Source of the DNA: Desulfobulbus propionicus DSM 2032
GTDB lineage: Bacteria; Desulfobacterota; Desulfobulbia; Desulfobulbales; Desulfobulbaceae
Length of the DNA: 32,000 nucleotides
Direction: 5' to 3'
Assembly: GCF_000186885.1 (NCBI RefSeq)
Contig: NC_014972.1
Location: 900,001-932,000 of the forward strand
In this document: one piece after another, positions 18,137-27,128 of the stretch
Position numbering within the stretch: position 1 is the stretch's first letter
How the letters are laid out: the number at the start of each line of letters is the position of its first letter
The notes under the pieces: model-generated
Databases searched by the model: none
What the model saw: the letters and a program-made list of their open reading frames with translations, nothing else
What the model was told of the DNA's origin: nothing
Position numbers and translations under genes: made by a program

Positions 18137-20863
18137 ATGGAGGAAACAATGACAACTGGAGCGCAACCACCGATGGGCATGGATCTGACCGTACTGGAGA
18201 CCTGGGAAGAGCCCGGATTTATGGTCGACGGCAAGCGGATCATCACCTGGGCCAACGCGGCGTTTCTCCAAGCCTTCGGTTTGGAGGCGCACGAGGTGAT
18301 CGGCAAGATGACCTGCGAGGAGAGCTGTAATCTGCATCTCTGCGGCACCAAGGACTGTCCGGTGGACAAGGCCGGCCGGATGCACAAACCGGTGGCGGCC
18401 GAGGCAATACGCAACCACGGTGCCAGCATCCGCTATTACCGTTCACTGGCCCGGCCAGTGGGCGAGGATGGCGGTCAAACCCTGGTCACCATGACCGACA
18501 TAAGCGACAGAAAACTGCTGGAAGCGCGGTTACGGCAGATGGAAACCGACCTCAACGTCATCCCTACCCCTGTGCTTGAGATTGACGACAAGTTCACCAT
18601 TACCTTCATGAACCCCGCCGGTGCGGCCGTGGCCGGCCTGACCCCGGACGAGGCCGTGGGCAGGAAGTGCTACGATCTGTTCAAGACCCCCCATTGCCGG
18701 ACCGAGAAATGCGCCTGCGCGCGGGCGATGAAGACCGATTCGGTTGTTTCCGAGCAGACCATCGCCCGTCCCCGGGACGGGGTGATCGTGCCGATCAAGT
18801 ACACCGGCGCGCCGATCAAGGATGCCAAGGGCAACATTGTCGGGGCGATTGAATATGTGCTCGATGTCACCGAAGAAAATAAGCAGCAGCGGCTGGCCGA
18901 GGAGAAGATCGAGAACCTCAATGCCATTCCCACGCCGATCATGGCCATGGACACTGATTTTACCATCACCTTCATGAACCCCGCCGGTGCGGCCGTGGCC
19001 GGCCTGACCCCGGACGAGGCCGTGGGCAGGAAGTGCTACGATCTGTTCAAAACCCCCCATTGCCGGACCGAGAAGTGCGCCTGCGCGCGGGCGATGAAGA
19101 CCGATTCGATTGTTTCCGAGCAGACCATTGCCCGTCCCCGGGACGGGGTGATCGTGCCGATCAAGTACACCGGCGCGCCGATCAAGGATGCCAAGGGCAA
19201 CATCAAGGGTGCCCTGGAGTTTATCCTCGACATCACCGAGGAGGCGCGGCAACGCCACGATGCCAACACCAAGATCGAGAACCTCAACGCCATTCCCACG
19301 CCGATCCTGTCCATCGACACCGACTATACCATCACCTTCATCAATCCCGCCGGTGCGGCCGCCGTCGGCCTCACCCCGGACAGCGCCATCGGCCGCAAAT
19401 GCTTTGACCTGTTCAAAACCCCGCATTGCCAGACCGAACGATGCGCCTGCGCGCGGGCAATGAAGTCCGACACGGTGGTCAGCGAGGAAACCATTGCCCG
19501 GCCCCGGGAAGGCATGATCATGCCGATCAAGTACACCGGCGCGCCGATCAAGGACGCCAAGGGCAACATCACCGGCGCGCTTGAGTTCGTCCTCGACATC
19601 ACCGACGAGGCCCGGCAGCGACAGGAGGCCAACGAAAAGATCGAGAATCTCAACGCCATCCCCACGCCGATCTTCTCCATCGACACCGAGTTCGCCATCA
19701 CCTACATCAATCCGGCCGGCGCCAGGGTTTTGGGGGCGAGCGTCGATGAGTTGATCGGTAAAAAATGTTACAGCCTGTTCAACACCACCCACTGCAACAC
19801 CGAACACTGTGCCTGCGGCCAGGCGATGAAAAGCGATAGCGTGGTCGCGGCCAAGACCGTGGCCAGGGTCAACGGCCGCGAGATCCCGCTCAAGTACACC
19901 GGCGCGCCGATCAAGGACGCCAAGGGCAACATCAAGGGCGCCCTGGAGTTTGCCCTCGACATCAGTGCCGAAACCGGGGTTGAGCAACTGGTGAGCCGGG
20001 CCAGTCAGGAGGTGGCCGAGTTGGTGGCCGATTCCCAGCAGCAGATGGAGGAGGTGCGCGGCAACATGCGGTTGATGGGCGATTCGCTCAACCAGGAAGT
20101 AATCCGCCTCGACGAGTCGGAGACGACCATTCGCAGAATGCTCGAATCGTCCACCGAAATGCTCGGGGTGAGCGAGCAGGTCAACAAGCTGGCCGGCTCG
20201 ATGTCGCGCGAGGCGGAAAATGGTCGCAAGGCCGGAGCCGAGGCCGGCGACAAGATGCGGCAGATCAACCGATCGATGCAGCAGAACAACGAGATGGTCG
20301 CCACCCTGGTGTCCCAGGTGGAAAAGATCGGCGGCTTTGTCGATATCATCAAGGAGATCGCCTCGCAAACCAACTTGCTGGCCTTCAACGCCGCCATCGA
20401 GGCCGCGCGCGCCGGCGATGCCGGCCGGGGGTTCGCCGTGGTTGCCGACGAAGTGCGCAAGCTGGCCGAGAACAGCTCGCGCTCGGCGGTGGATATTTCC
20501 AATATCGTCAAGATGGTGGAGAACGACAGCCGGCAGACCATCGCCGCCATGCAGGAGGGCATGCGCATGCTCGATGACGGCTCCCAGGTGATCAGTACCG
20601 CGCTTTCGGCCATGGACGAGATCTCTTCCGGCATCATGACGATCTCGACCTCGGTCGAGGACGTCAGCGGCCGAGCCGCAGCCTTGGCTGACCACGGCCA
20701 CAAGGTGATGGAGCAGATTCAAGCCGTGGTCACGTCCTCCGGCGAGAACCAAAGGACCACGGAAACCGTGCAGACCTCGGTCGGTGACACGGTCAAGGCC
20801 CTGGACCGGTTGATGGCCTCGAGCAGTTCGTTGCAAGAGGCGGTCAACAGTCTGTGCAAATAG
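18137..20863 (+). CDS. Soluble methyl-accepting chemotaxis protein with a tandem array of Cys-rich PAS domains
   Basis: C-terminal MCP hairpin [42 protein letters not shown]; N-terminal array of PAS repeats, each with GxKCxxLFxTxHCxTExCAC; no TM segment or HAMP visible. ATG 18149, preceded by GGAGG, is an alternative start. Confidence 0.92.
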   Translation: MEETMTTGAQPPMGMDLTVLETWEEPGFMVDGKRIITWANAAFLQAFGLEAHEVIGKMTCEESCNLHLCGTKDCPVDKAGRMHKPVAAEAIRNHGASIRYYRSLARPVGEDGGQTLVTMTDISDRKLLEARLRQMETDLNVIPTPVLEIDDKFTITFMNPAGAAVAGLTPDEAVGRKCYDLFKTPHCRTEKCACARAMKTDSVVSEQTIARPRDGVIVPIKYTGAPIKDAKGNIVGAIEYVLDVTEENKQQRLAEEKIENLNAIPTPIMAMDTDFTITFMNPAGAAVAGLTPDEAVGRKCYDLFKTPHCRTEKCACARAMKTDSIVSEQTIARPRDGVIVPIKYTGAPIKDAKGNIKGALEFILDITEEARQRHDANTKIENLNAIPTPILSIDTDYTITFINPAGAAAVGLTPDSAIGRKCFDLFKTPHCQTERCACARAMKSDTVVSEETIARPREGMIMPIKYTGAPIKDAKGNITGALEFVLDITDEARQRQEANEKIENLNAIPTPIFSIDTEFAITYINPAGARVLGASVDELIGKKCYSLFNTTHCNTEHCACGQAMKSDSVVAAKTVARVNGREIPLKYTGAPIKDAKGNIKGALEFALDISAETGVEQLVSRASQEVAELVADSQQQMEEVRGNMRLMGDSLNQEVIRLDESETTIRRMLESSTEMLGVSEQVNKLAGSMSREAENGRKAGAEAGDKMRQINRSMQQNNEMVATLVSQVEKIGGFVDIIKEIASQTNLLAFNAAIEAARAGDAGRGFAVVADEVRKLAENSSRSAVDISNIVKMVENDSRQTIAAMQEGMRMLDDGSQVISTALSAMDEISSGIMTISTSVEDVSGRAAALADHGHKVMEQIQAVVTSSGENQRTTETVQTSVGDTVKALDRLMASSSSLQEAVNSLCK
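18554..19976 (+). repeat. Four in-frame tandem PAS-coding repeats with 366-bp (122-aa) period
   Basis: Unit starts (N[VA]IPTP[VI]) at 18554, 18920, 19286, 19652; equivalent TT/TA-CAT-AA positions at 18605, 18971, 19337, 19703, all exactly 366 nt apart. Units 1 and 2 differ at 4 positions over about 230 nt. Confidence 0.95.
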
Positions 20864-20933
20864 GGTGCATTCGGCGCGGCCGGAGCCCGAGAGTCGGGTC
20901 CCGCCGCGCCGCCCAGTGGGAGGATATGGTGTC

Positions 20934-21497
20934 ATGACCATTTTTGGCAACAGGATCTTCACCGTGCGTTTGCAGCTGCGGCGCATCGAGCTCGAAGACC
21001 TGCAGCTTTTGGCGCGATGGAGCGGCGACCCCCAGGCCCATGGACAGTACCTGACGCCGGAAAACCATTCCGTCGATCATCTGGGCATGCAGCTACGGGC
21101 GGGGGTATTGTGGAACGAGCGGAACAAGACGTTTTTGATCGAGCTGCGCGACGGCGAGCCCATCGGCACGATCCAATACTGGATTCGCTCCGAGGACCCG
21201 GGAGCGGCGGTGATTGCGGTGAAGATTGCACGGACCGAGGAGCGGAACAAAGGCTACGGGACCGAGGCGCAGAAATATTTGATCCTGTTTCTCTTCAACC
21301 GGCTCGCCATCCGTCGGATCGAGATGTACACCGATGTCAACAACCTGGCCCAGCAGCGCTGCCTGCGCAAACTCGGCTTCGAACTCGCCCAGTCCCTGTC
21401 CTACGCCGATCAACAGGTTCAGCGGCTGGGCTCCCTCTACCGGCTGGATCGGCAGCGATTTGTCCATGAGCCCATCTACCAGTATCCCGATGCCTAA
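20934..21497 (+). CDS. GNAT family N-acetyltransferase (RimJ/SpeG-like)
   Basis: VRLQLRRIELEDLQLLARW, EERNKGYGTEAQKYLILFLFNRLAIRRIEMYTDVNNLAQQRCLRKLGFE. Confidence 0.88.
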   Translation: MTIFGNRIFTVRLQLRRIELEDLQLLARWSGDPQAHGQYLTPENHSVDHLGMQLRAGVLWNERNKTFLIELRDGEPIGTIQYWIRSEDPGAAVIAVKIARTEERNKGYGTEAQKYLILFLFNRLAIRRIEMYTDVNNLAQQRCLRKLGFELAQSLSYADQQVQRLGSLYRLDRQRFVHEPIYQYPDA

Positions 21498-22521
21498 GCC
21501 GCCAGGGCTTCTTTTTGACCGCAGGTACTACGAGCACGGCATCCCGCAGGTGTCGCTGGAGAACGCGGGCCGGGTGCGCGGCCTCTATCGTACCCTCGAA
21601 GGACCGCAATATGCCGGCCAGCTGCGCACATTCCTCCCGCGCGAGGCCTCGTCGGCCGACATTGAAGCCGTCCATTCGGCCTTTTACCTCGAACAGCTGC
21701 GCGAGCATGTCAATATCGACGATCCCTATTCCTACGACCGCGATACCTATCTGATGGAGCAGAGCCTCTATACGGCGGCCTTGGCCGCCGGCGGCTGCCT
21801 GGAGCTGGCCGATCGGATCCTCGACGGCGAGATCGACTATGGCTTCGCCCTGATCCGCCCTCCCGGACACCATGCCGAACCGGGTCGGGGCATGGGGTTC
21901 TGCGTGTTCAACAATGTGGCGATCACCGCTCAATATCTGCGCCGGGTGTATGGCCTGCGGCGGATTCTCATCGTCGATTTCGACGTCCATCACGGCAATG
22001 GCACCCAGACAGTTTTTTACGAGACCGATCAGGTTTTTTTCGTTTCGATCCATCAGGAAAAAATTTTCCCTTTTTCCGGATCGGCGCGCGAGACCGGCAG
22101 CGACAAGGGACGGGGCTACACCATCAACCTGCCGGTGCACCCGCAGTTCAGCGACCAGGAGTACCTGTATCTGCTCAGCCGGGTTCTCGGCGGGGTGGTG
22201 GAACAGTATCTGCCGCAGATCATCCTTGTTTCCGCCGGATTTGACGGCCATTGCGACGACCCGATCAGCCGTGTCCTGCTGTCCACCCAATGGTATGCCA
22301 CCGTGACGGAACTGCTCAAATACCTGGCCCACGAGGCGTGCAACGACCGGCTGCTGTTCGTGCTGGAAGGAGGGTACAATCCGGACTCGCTGCAGGCCTC
22401 GGTGCTGGTCACGGTGGACAGCCTGCTGCATCCCGCCAGCCGCCGGCCGGGAGTGGTCCATTCCCAACGGGCGGCCAAGATCCTTGAGAATCATCCCCTG
22501 CATGCTTTCTGGACGGTATGA
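21490..22521 (+). CDS. Histone deacetylase family protein (AcuC/APAH/HDAC superfamily)
   Basis: RPPGHHAEPGRGMGFCVFNNVAITAQYL, ILIVDFDVHHGNGTQTVFYE, LVSAGFDGHCDDPI, FVLEGGYN; ATG at 21490 overlaps the GNAT stop by 8 nt. Confidence 0.92.
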   Translation: MPKPPGLLFDRRYYEHGIPQVSLENAGRVRGLYRTLEGPQYAGQLRTFLPREASSADIEAVHSAFYLEQLREHVNIDDPYSYDRDTYLMEQSLYTAALAAGGCLELADRILDGEIDYGFALIRPPGHHAEPGRGMGFCVFNNVAITAQYLRRVYGLRRILIVDFDVHHGNGTQTVFYETDQVFFVSIHQEKIFPFSGSARETGSDKGRGYTINLPVHPQFSDQEYLYLLSRVLGGVVEQYLPQIILVSAGFDGHCDDPISRVLLSTQWYATVTELLKYLAHEACNDRLLFVLEGGYNPDSLQASVLVTVDSLLHPASRRPGVVHSQRAAKILENHPLHAFWTV

Positions 22522-22556
22522 GAATTGAGCGATGATCCCCCTTTTTCGCTGCAATT

Positions 22557-23006
22557 ATGACAAAAAACACAACCGTTGATACCACGTCGCTGCGGACGAT
22601 CTTCGCTGAATGCCGCCAGTGCGGCACCTGTTGCACCTCTTATCGCAAAATCGCCCTCCAGCCCGACGAGGTGGAGTTTATACGAAAGATGGGCGGCCAT
22701 GTCGGGGTGGACATCAGCTTGTCCCAGCTGCGCGGCAAAACCATGGACGAGTTGGTGGCCGAGGCCCGTGCCGACGGCAAGGTGTTCATGATCCACCCCG
22801 ACGACAGGGGATGTATTTTCCTTGAGAAAAGAAATGACAAGCATGTCTGCCGGATCTATCACCACCGGCCGCGCGCCTGTCGAGGATTCCGCTGCAATAT
22901 GGCCGATTCCAGCTTTCTCGCCCTGTTCGGCGCCGACAGCATTTTCCTGCTCGGTCAGGATCGTTTCGGCCTGCCGTTGGCCAGGGACAAGGAGGTGATC
23001 CGCTAG
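22557..23006 (+). CDS. YkgJ-family cysteine cluster protein (putative zinc/iron chelating)
   Basis: ECRQCGTCCTSYRKIALQPDEVEFI ... HPDDRGCIFLEKRNDKHVCRIYHHRPRACRGFRC. Confidence 0.85.
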   Translation: MTKNTTVDTTSLRTIFAECRQCGTCCTSYRKIALQPDEVEFIRKMGGHVGVDISLSQLRGKTMDELVAEARADGKVFMIHPDDRGCIFLEKRNDKHVCRIYHHRPRACRGFRCNMADSSFLALFGADSIFLLGQDRFGLPLARDKEVIR

Positions 23007-23156
23007 CGGCATCCTCCGGACGAGATGGTCGCGAATCAGGGGCAATCCTGGCGAGTAAAGGTGTTTGACGGGGACCGCGTTTTGCCATAGGATAGACCAA
23101 AGAACAAGGACGAAGACACGCTGTTGCCGTCAGGGGCCATTTCGGGGAGGGACGCC

Positions 23157-24317
23157 ATGCTGACCGAGTTGAACATTCGTAAGTTTCTTGCTCCCGAGAT
23201 TGTTTTTGGCGATGGCGCCATTGAACTGCTCGGGCGCTATGCCCTTAATTTTGGCGCAAGCCGGGTTTTTGTGGTCACCGATGCAGGTATTGCCCAAGCC
23301 GGTCTCGTGGAGCGGGCGATTCAGATTTTGCAGTCCTCCGGGGTGCAGGCGGTGGTGTATGATCGGGTCAGCGCCAATCCCCGCGATTTTGAGGTGATGG
23401 AAGCGGCCGCCCTGTACCGTGAGTCCGGCTGCGACATCATTGTCGCCCTCGGGGGCGGCAGCCCCATGGACTGCGCCAAGGGCGTCAGTATCGTGTCCGC
23501 CAACGACAGGCATGTGCTCGACTTTCAAGGCGTGGACAATGTGGAGGTGCCCGGTCCGCCCTTGATCTGCATTCCCACCACCTCCGGCTCCTCGGCCGAT
23601 GTCTCCCAGTTCGCCATCATCAACAACAGCCAGGAACAGGTCAAGGTCGCGATCATCAGCAAGACCATGGTGCCTGACCTGGCCTTGCTCGACCCTGGGC
23701 TGACCCTCAGCATGGACCGGCATCTGACCCTGTGCACCGGGGTGGATGCCTTGGTGCATGCCATCGAGGCCTATGTGAGTTCAGCCAGTTCGCCGCTGAC
23801 CGACCTGCATGCCTTGGAGGCCATCCGTCTGATCCGCCGTTTCCTCCCCCAGGTGGTGGAGCGGCTCGACGATATCGATCTGCGTGAACAGGTCATGCTT
23901 GCCAGCCTGGAGGCTGGTCTGGCTTTTTCCAACGCCAGTCTGGGCGCCGTGCACGCCATGGCCCACAGTCTGGGGGGCCTGCTCGATCTGCCCCACGGCG
24001 AGTGCAACGCCCTGTTGCTTGACGCGGTGATTGCCTTCAACTACAGTGCGGCGCCGGAACGCTACGATCGCATCGGCGAAATCTTTGGCGTGCAGACGAA
24101 CGGGCTGACGGAGCAAGAACGGCGGCAGGGCTTGCTCCAAGCGATCCGCTCCTTCAAGCGGGACCTGGGTCTGGAGCCCGGGCTCGGTATTAGGGGGGTG
24201 CGGCGGGAGGATATCAGCGTGCTGGCCCGCAAGGCCGTTGCCGACCCCTGCGTGGCCACCAACCCGAAACGTATTCAACTTCGCGATATCGAGGAAATCT
24301 ATGGGGAGGCCTTCTGA
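23157..24317 (+). CDS. ercA: Iron-containing alcohol dehydrogenase, ErcA-like
   Basis: RKFLAPEIVFGDGAIELLGRYALNFGASRVFVVTD, GGGSPMDCAKG, PTTSGSSADVSQFAII, metal-ligand regions GVDALVHAIEAYVS and HAMAHSLGGLLDLPHGECNALLL; adjacent hybrid kinase as in ErcA/ErcS-type pairs. Family call strong, symbol less so. Confidence 0.75.
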   Translation: MLTELNIRKFLAPEIVFGDGAIELLGRYALNFGASRVFVVTDAGIAQAGLVERAIQILQSSGVQAVVYDRVSANPRDFEVMEAAALYRESGCDIIVALGGGSPMDCAKGVSIVSANDRHVLDFQGVDNVEVPGPPLICIPTTSGSSADVSQFAIINNSQEQVKVAIISKTMVPDLALLDPGLTLSMDRHLTLCTGVDALVHAIEAYVSSASSPLTDLHALEAIRLIRRFLPQVVERLDDIDLREQVMLASLEAGLAFSNASLGAVHAMAHSLGGLLDLPHGECNALLLDAVIAFNYSAAPERYDRIGEIFGVQTNGLTEQERRQGLLQAIRSFKRDLGLEPGLGIRGVRREDISVLARKAVADPCVATNPKRIQLRDIEEIYGEAF

Positions 24318-24320
24318 GCA

Positions 24321-25946
24321 ATGAGCCATCGCACCGATGAACACGATCAGTGGGATCACCTCAAGGATGCCATTGTCGGCTTGGGCGAGCGCTCCATCCG
24401 CAAGAGTTATTATCCCGAACTCAAGGCGAAGATCAAAGACCTCGATCAGCAGCGCGTTTTTTTTCAGTCCATCCTCAACAGCATCCCCGACGGGGTGGTG
24501 GTGATGGACCCCTCCGGCAAAATCAGGCAGGCCAACCCCGCCCTCTGCAGGATGTTCGGCTACAGCAACGAGGAGTTGGCAGGACTCGATCCTTCGGTGC
24601 TCTATGAAAACAACTGCGCAATTTTTCGCCATGACGATTTTCCCACCACCTGGTGCCGCCGCTTTGTCCGCAAGGATGGCCGCGTTTTCCTCGGCGAGAC
24701 CCTGAACAGCGAGATTCGAGACGATCAGGGAGGGTTGCTGGGTACCTTGGAGTTGATCCGCGATGTAAGTGAACGACTGAAGGTCATCCGGCAGCAGCGG
24801 CAATTGGAGGAACAGCTGCGCCAATCACAGAAAATGGCTGCCATTGGTACCTTGGCTGGAGGTATTGCTCACGATTTCAATAACTTGCTTGCGGCAATCC
24901 TCGGCTATGCCGAGCTGGCGCTCCTCAAGCTTCCCCCGGGTGGGGCGTTGCAGCGGGAGATTCGTCAGATCCTCAAGGCCGGCGGCAAGGCCTCGGAGCT
25001 GGTCAATCAGATCCTCGCCTTCAGCCGCAAGGAAACCACCAAACGCATCCCCATTCAACCCGGCGTCCTGATCAAGGAGGTCATCAAGTTGCTGCGGGGC
25101 ACCATCCCGTCGACCATCACCATTCGTGAACGAATTGCCGCCACCGACCGCATGATCCTTGCCAATCCCACCCAGTTGCATCAGGTGGTGATGAATCTCT
25201 GTACCAATGCCTTTCATGCCATGGAAGAACAGGGAGGAGAAATGACCCTGAGCCTGGAATCGGTCAGGAAGCTATTGCGGGAAAAGGAAGAAGAGCGCGA
25301 GTGGATCAGGATCAGTGTTGCCGATAATGGCTGCGGGATCGAACCTGCGACCCTGGAACGTATTTTTGAACCCTATTTCACCACCAAACCCAGCGGCAAG
25401 GGAACCGGCATGGGCTTGGCTGTGGTCCACGGAATCGTCGAAAGTCACGGGGGACGGATCGAGGTGAAGAGCACTGTGGGGCAGGGCACCACGGTGCAGG
25501 TCTACTTCCCGGTGGTGGCCGGGGTTGAAGCCCAGCGGCCGTGCAAGGAGGAACAGTCGCTCGTCGGCGGTGATGAATCCATTCTGGTGGTCGATGACGA
25601 ACAGATGGTGGCCGATTATCTCAAGGGTTTTCTTGAGCAACTAGGCTATCGGATCACGATTTGTAACGACGGCAGCAGCGCCTTGGCGTTGTTTGAGCAC
25701 AATCCCCAAGCGTTTGATTTGGTGATCACCGATCAGACCATGCCCGGCAAGACGGGTTTTGAGATGGCCCGCAACATGCTGGCCCTGCGGCCCGACCTGC
25801 CGATCATCCTTTGCTCGGGCTACAGCTCGGCCCTTTCGCCCGAGCGGGTCGCCAAGGCCGGCATCCGCGAGTTCATGATGAAGCCGGTCTCCCTGCATGA
25901 CCTCGCCCCGGTCATCCGCGCGGTTTTACCGAACAGACCATCCTGA
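24321..25946 (+). CDS. PAS domain hybrid sensor histidine kinase (PAS-HisKA-HATPase-REC), soluble
   Basis: PAS SILNSIPDGVVVMDPSGKIRQANPALCRMFGY; H-box GIAHDFNNLLAAILGYAEL; N-box LHQVVMNLCTNAFHAM; G-boxes VADNGCGI, GKGTGMGLAVVHGIVESHGG; REC ILVVDDEQMVADYL...VITDQTMPG...KP. Confidence 0.95.
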   Translation: MSHRTDEHDQWDHLKDAIVGLGERSIRKSYYPELKAKIKDLDQQRVFFQSILNSIPDGVVVMDPSGKIRQANPALCRMFGYSNEELAGLDPSVLYENNCAIFRHDDFPTTWCRRFVRKDGRVFLGETLNSEIRDDQGGLLGTLELIRDVSERLKVIRQQRQLEEQLRQSQKMAAIGTLAGGIAHDFNNLLAAILGYAELALLKLPPGGALQREIRQILKAGGKASELVNQILAFSRKETTKRIPIQPGVLIKEVIKLLRGTIPSTITIRERIAATDRMILANPTQLHQVVMNLCTNAFHAMEEQGGEMTLSLESVRKLLREKEEEREWIRISVADNGCGIEPATLERIFEPYFTTKPSGKGTGMGLAVVHGIVESHGGRIEVKSTVGQGTTVQVYFPVVAGVEAQRPCKEEQSLVGGDESILVVDDEQMVADYLKGFLEQLGYRITICNDGSSALALFEHNPQAFDLVITDQTMPGKTGFEMARNMLALRPDLPIILCSGYSSALSPERVAKAGIREFMMKPVSLHDLAPVIRAVLPNRPS

Positions 25947-26054
25947 GCGGCGCAAGGAGCAAAGAAGGCCGGGCGATTTTCCCTTTTTTGGGGTGCCGGA
26001 GCAACCGGCGCACCGCCTCCGTGGCCCATGGCTCATTCTTTGAGAGGCGCATGA

Positions 26055-26912
26055 TTACAGGGATTGGGCGCCAAAGGTATCGCAGCTGGACACCGTTCCC
26101 GTCTGGTAGCCCCGATGGAACCAACGCACCCGCTGGGCGGACGTTCCATGGGTGAAGGAATCAGGGGTGACGTATCCCCGGTGTTGTTGCTGCAAACGGT
26201 CATCGCCGATCTGGCTGGCGGCGTTGAGGGCTTCCTCGATATCGCCCGGCTCCACCACCTGCCTGACCCTGTCCGCATGATGCGCCCAAATGCCGGCAAA
26301 GCAATCCGCCTGCAGTTCCATTTTCACCATCAGCCTGTTGTACTCGACCTCGGCCACCTGTTGGCGTAGCGCCTGGACCTTGTTGGCTATTCCGAGCAGG
26401 TTCTGCACGTGATGCCCCACCTCGTGGGCAATGACATAGGCCTGGGCAAAATCGCCGGGAGCGTTCATCTGCTGTTTCAGGTCGTGGTAGAAAGAGAGGT
26501 CGATATAGACCTTGGAGTCCGCCGAACAGTAGAAGGGACCCATGGCCGCCTGGGCAAACCCGCAGGCCGAGTGGACCGCACCGCTGAACAGCACTAGGGT
26601 CGGTTCGGCGTATTCCCTGCCGCCGGAGCGGAAAATCTGGTGCCAGGTATCCTCGGTGTCCGCCAGGACCACGGAGACAAAATCGGCCAACTGCTGTTCT
26701 TCCTGGGAATAAGGAGATTTTTCGAGGCGTCCCGGCTGACTGACCTGGGACGTCTCGCCCATGTTGAGGATGAGCGAGGGATCGATGCCGAAATACATGG
26801 CCACCAGGGCGAGGAGAAGAATGCCGAAGCCGCCGCCCTTGACCTTTCCCGGAATCCGGACCCTGCGTTGATCCTCCACGTTGCTTGATCTCCGTCCGTC
26901 ACGCCATAACAT
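26055..26912 (-). CDS. YpfJ-like neutral zinc metallopeptidase, membrane anchored
   Basis: N-term MLWRDGRRSSNVEDQRR...GGFGILLLALVAMYFGIDPSLIL; VYIDLSFYHDLKQQMNAPGDFAQAYVIAHEVGHHVQNLLG; MVKMELQADCFAGIWAHH. Confidence 0.9.
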   Translation of the reverse strand: MLWRDGRRSSNVEDQRRVRIPGKVKGGGFGILLLALVAMYFGIDPSLILNMGETSQVSQPGRLEKSPYSQEEQQLADFVSVVLADTEDTWHQIFRSGGREYAEPTLVLFSGAVHSACGFAQAAMGPFYCSADSKVYIDLSFYHDLKQQMNAPGDFAQAYVIAHEVGHHVQNLLGIANKVQALRQQVAEVEYNRLMVKMELQADCFAGIWAHHADRVRQVVEPGDIEEALNAASQIGDDRLQQQHRGYVTPDSFTHGTSAQRVRWFHRGYQTGTVSSCDTFGAQSL

Positions 26913-27054
26913 GTCTGTCCCTCCCCTTGATTGGTTGAGCTTGCCGATCTTCGGCCCCGTGTGCTGATAGGTTCCGGTGTCCGGAGTTCACGGGGCATCT
27001 TGGGTCGTCGCGGTTGGCGACGTTCCCTGAACGTCACCTTTGCTTCTCTGTATC

Positions 27055-27092
27055 GAAAGAAAAATCGTGCCCGTTCCTCGTTGCGAGCGGGC
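27055..27092 (-). terminator. Intrinsic terminator downstream of the RND efflux operon
   Basis: Minus strand reads GCCCG-CTCG-CAA-CGAG-GAA-CGGGC followed by ACGATTTTTCTTT; 9 bp stem with a 3-nt bulge then a T-rich tract, about 37 nt after the RND stop. Confidence 0.65.
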
Positions 27093-27128
27093 ATTGTTCG
27101 CGCCGACATTTCAAGGGATGCGGGCTTG

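Noticed and set aside
16565-18418. 617-aa minus-strand ORF opposite the triple-CheW gene
   Set aside because: Antisense shadow of a GC-rich gene; the sense strand has repeated CheW motifs.
18554-19976. CRISPR or mobile-element explanation for the 366-bp direct repeats
   Set aside because: Repeats are contiguous, in-frame and encode PAS domains; no spacers, inverted termini or transposase.
18530-20986. 818-aa minus-strand ORF opposite the MCP gene
   Set aside because: Codon-aligned antisense shadow of a GC-rich gene; translation is low complexity ([16 protein letters not shown] repeats mirror the PAS repeats) and the + strand encodes clear PAS and MCP motifs.
25992-26014. Inverted repeat GGTGCCGG-AGCAA-CCGGCGCACC between the hybrid kinase and YpfJ-like gene
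   Set aside because: Stem has a bulge and no T-tract follows on either strand, so I do not call a terminator, though it may be a bidirectional or factor-dependent site.
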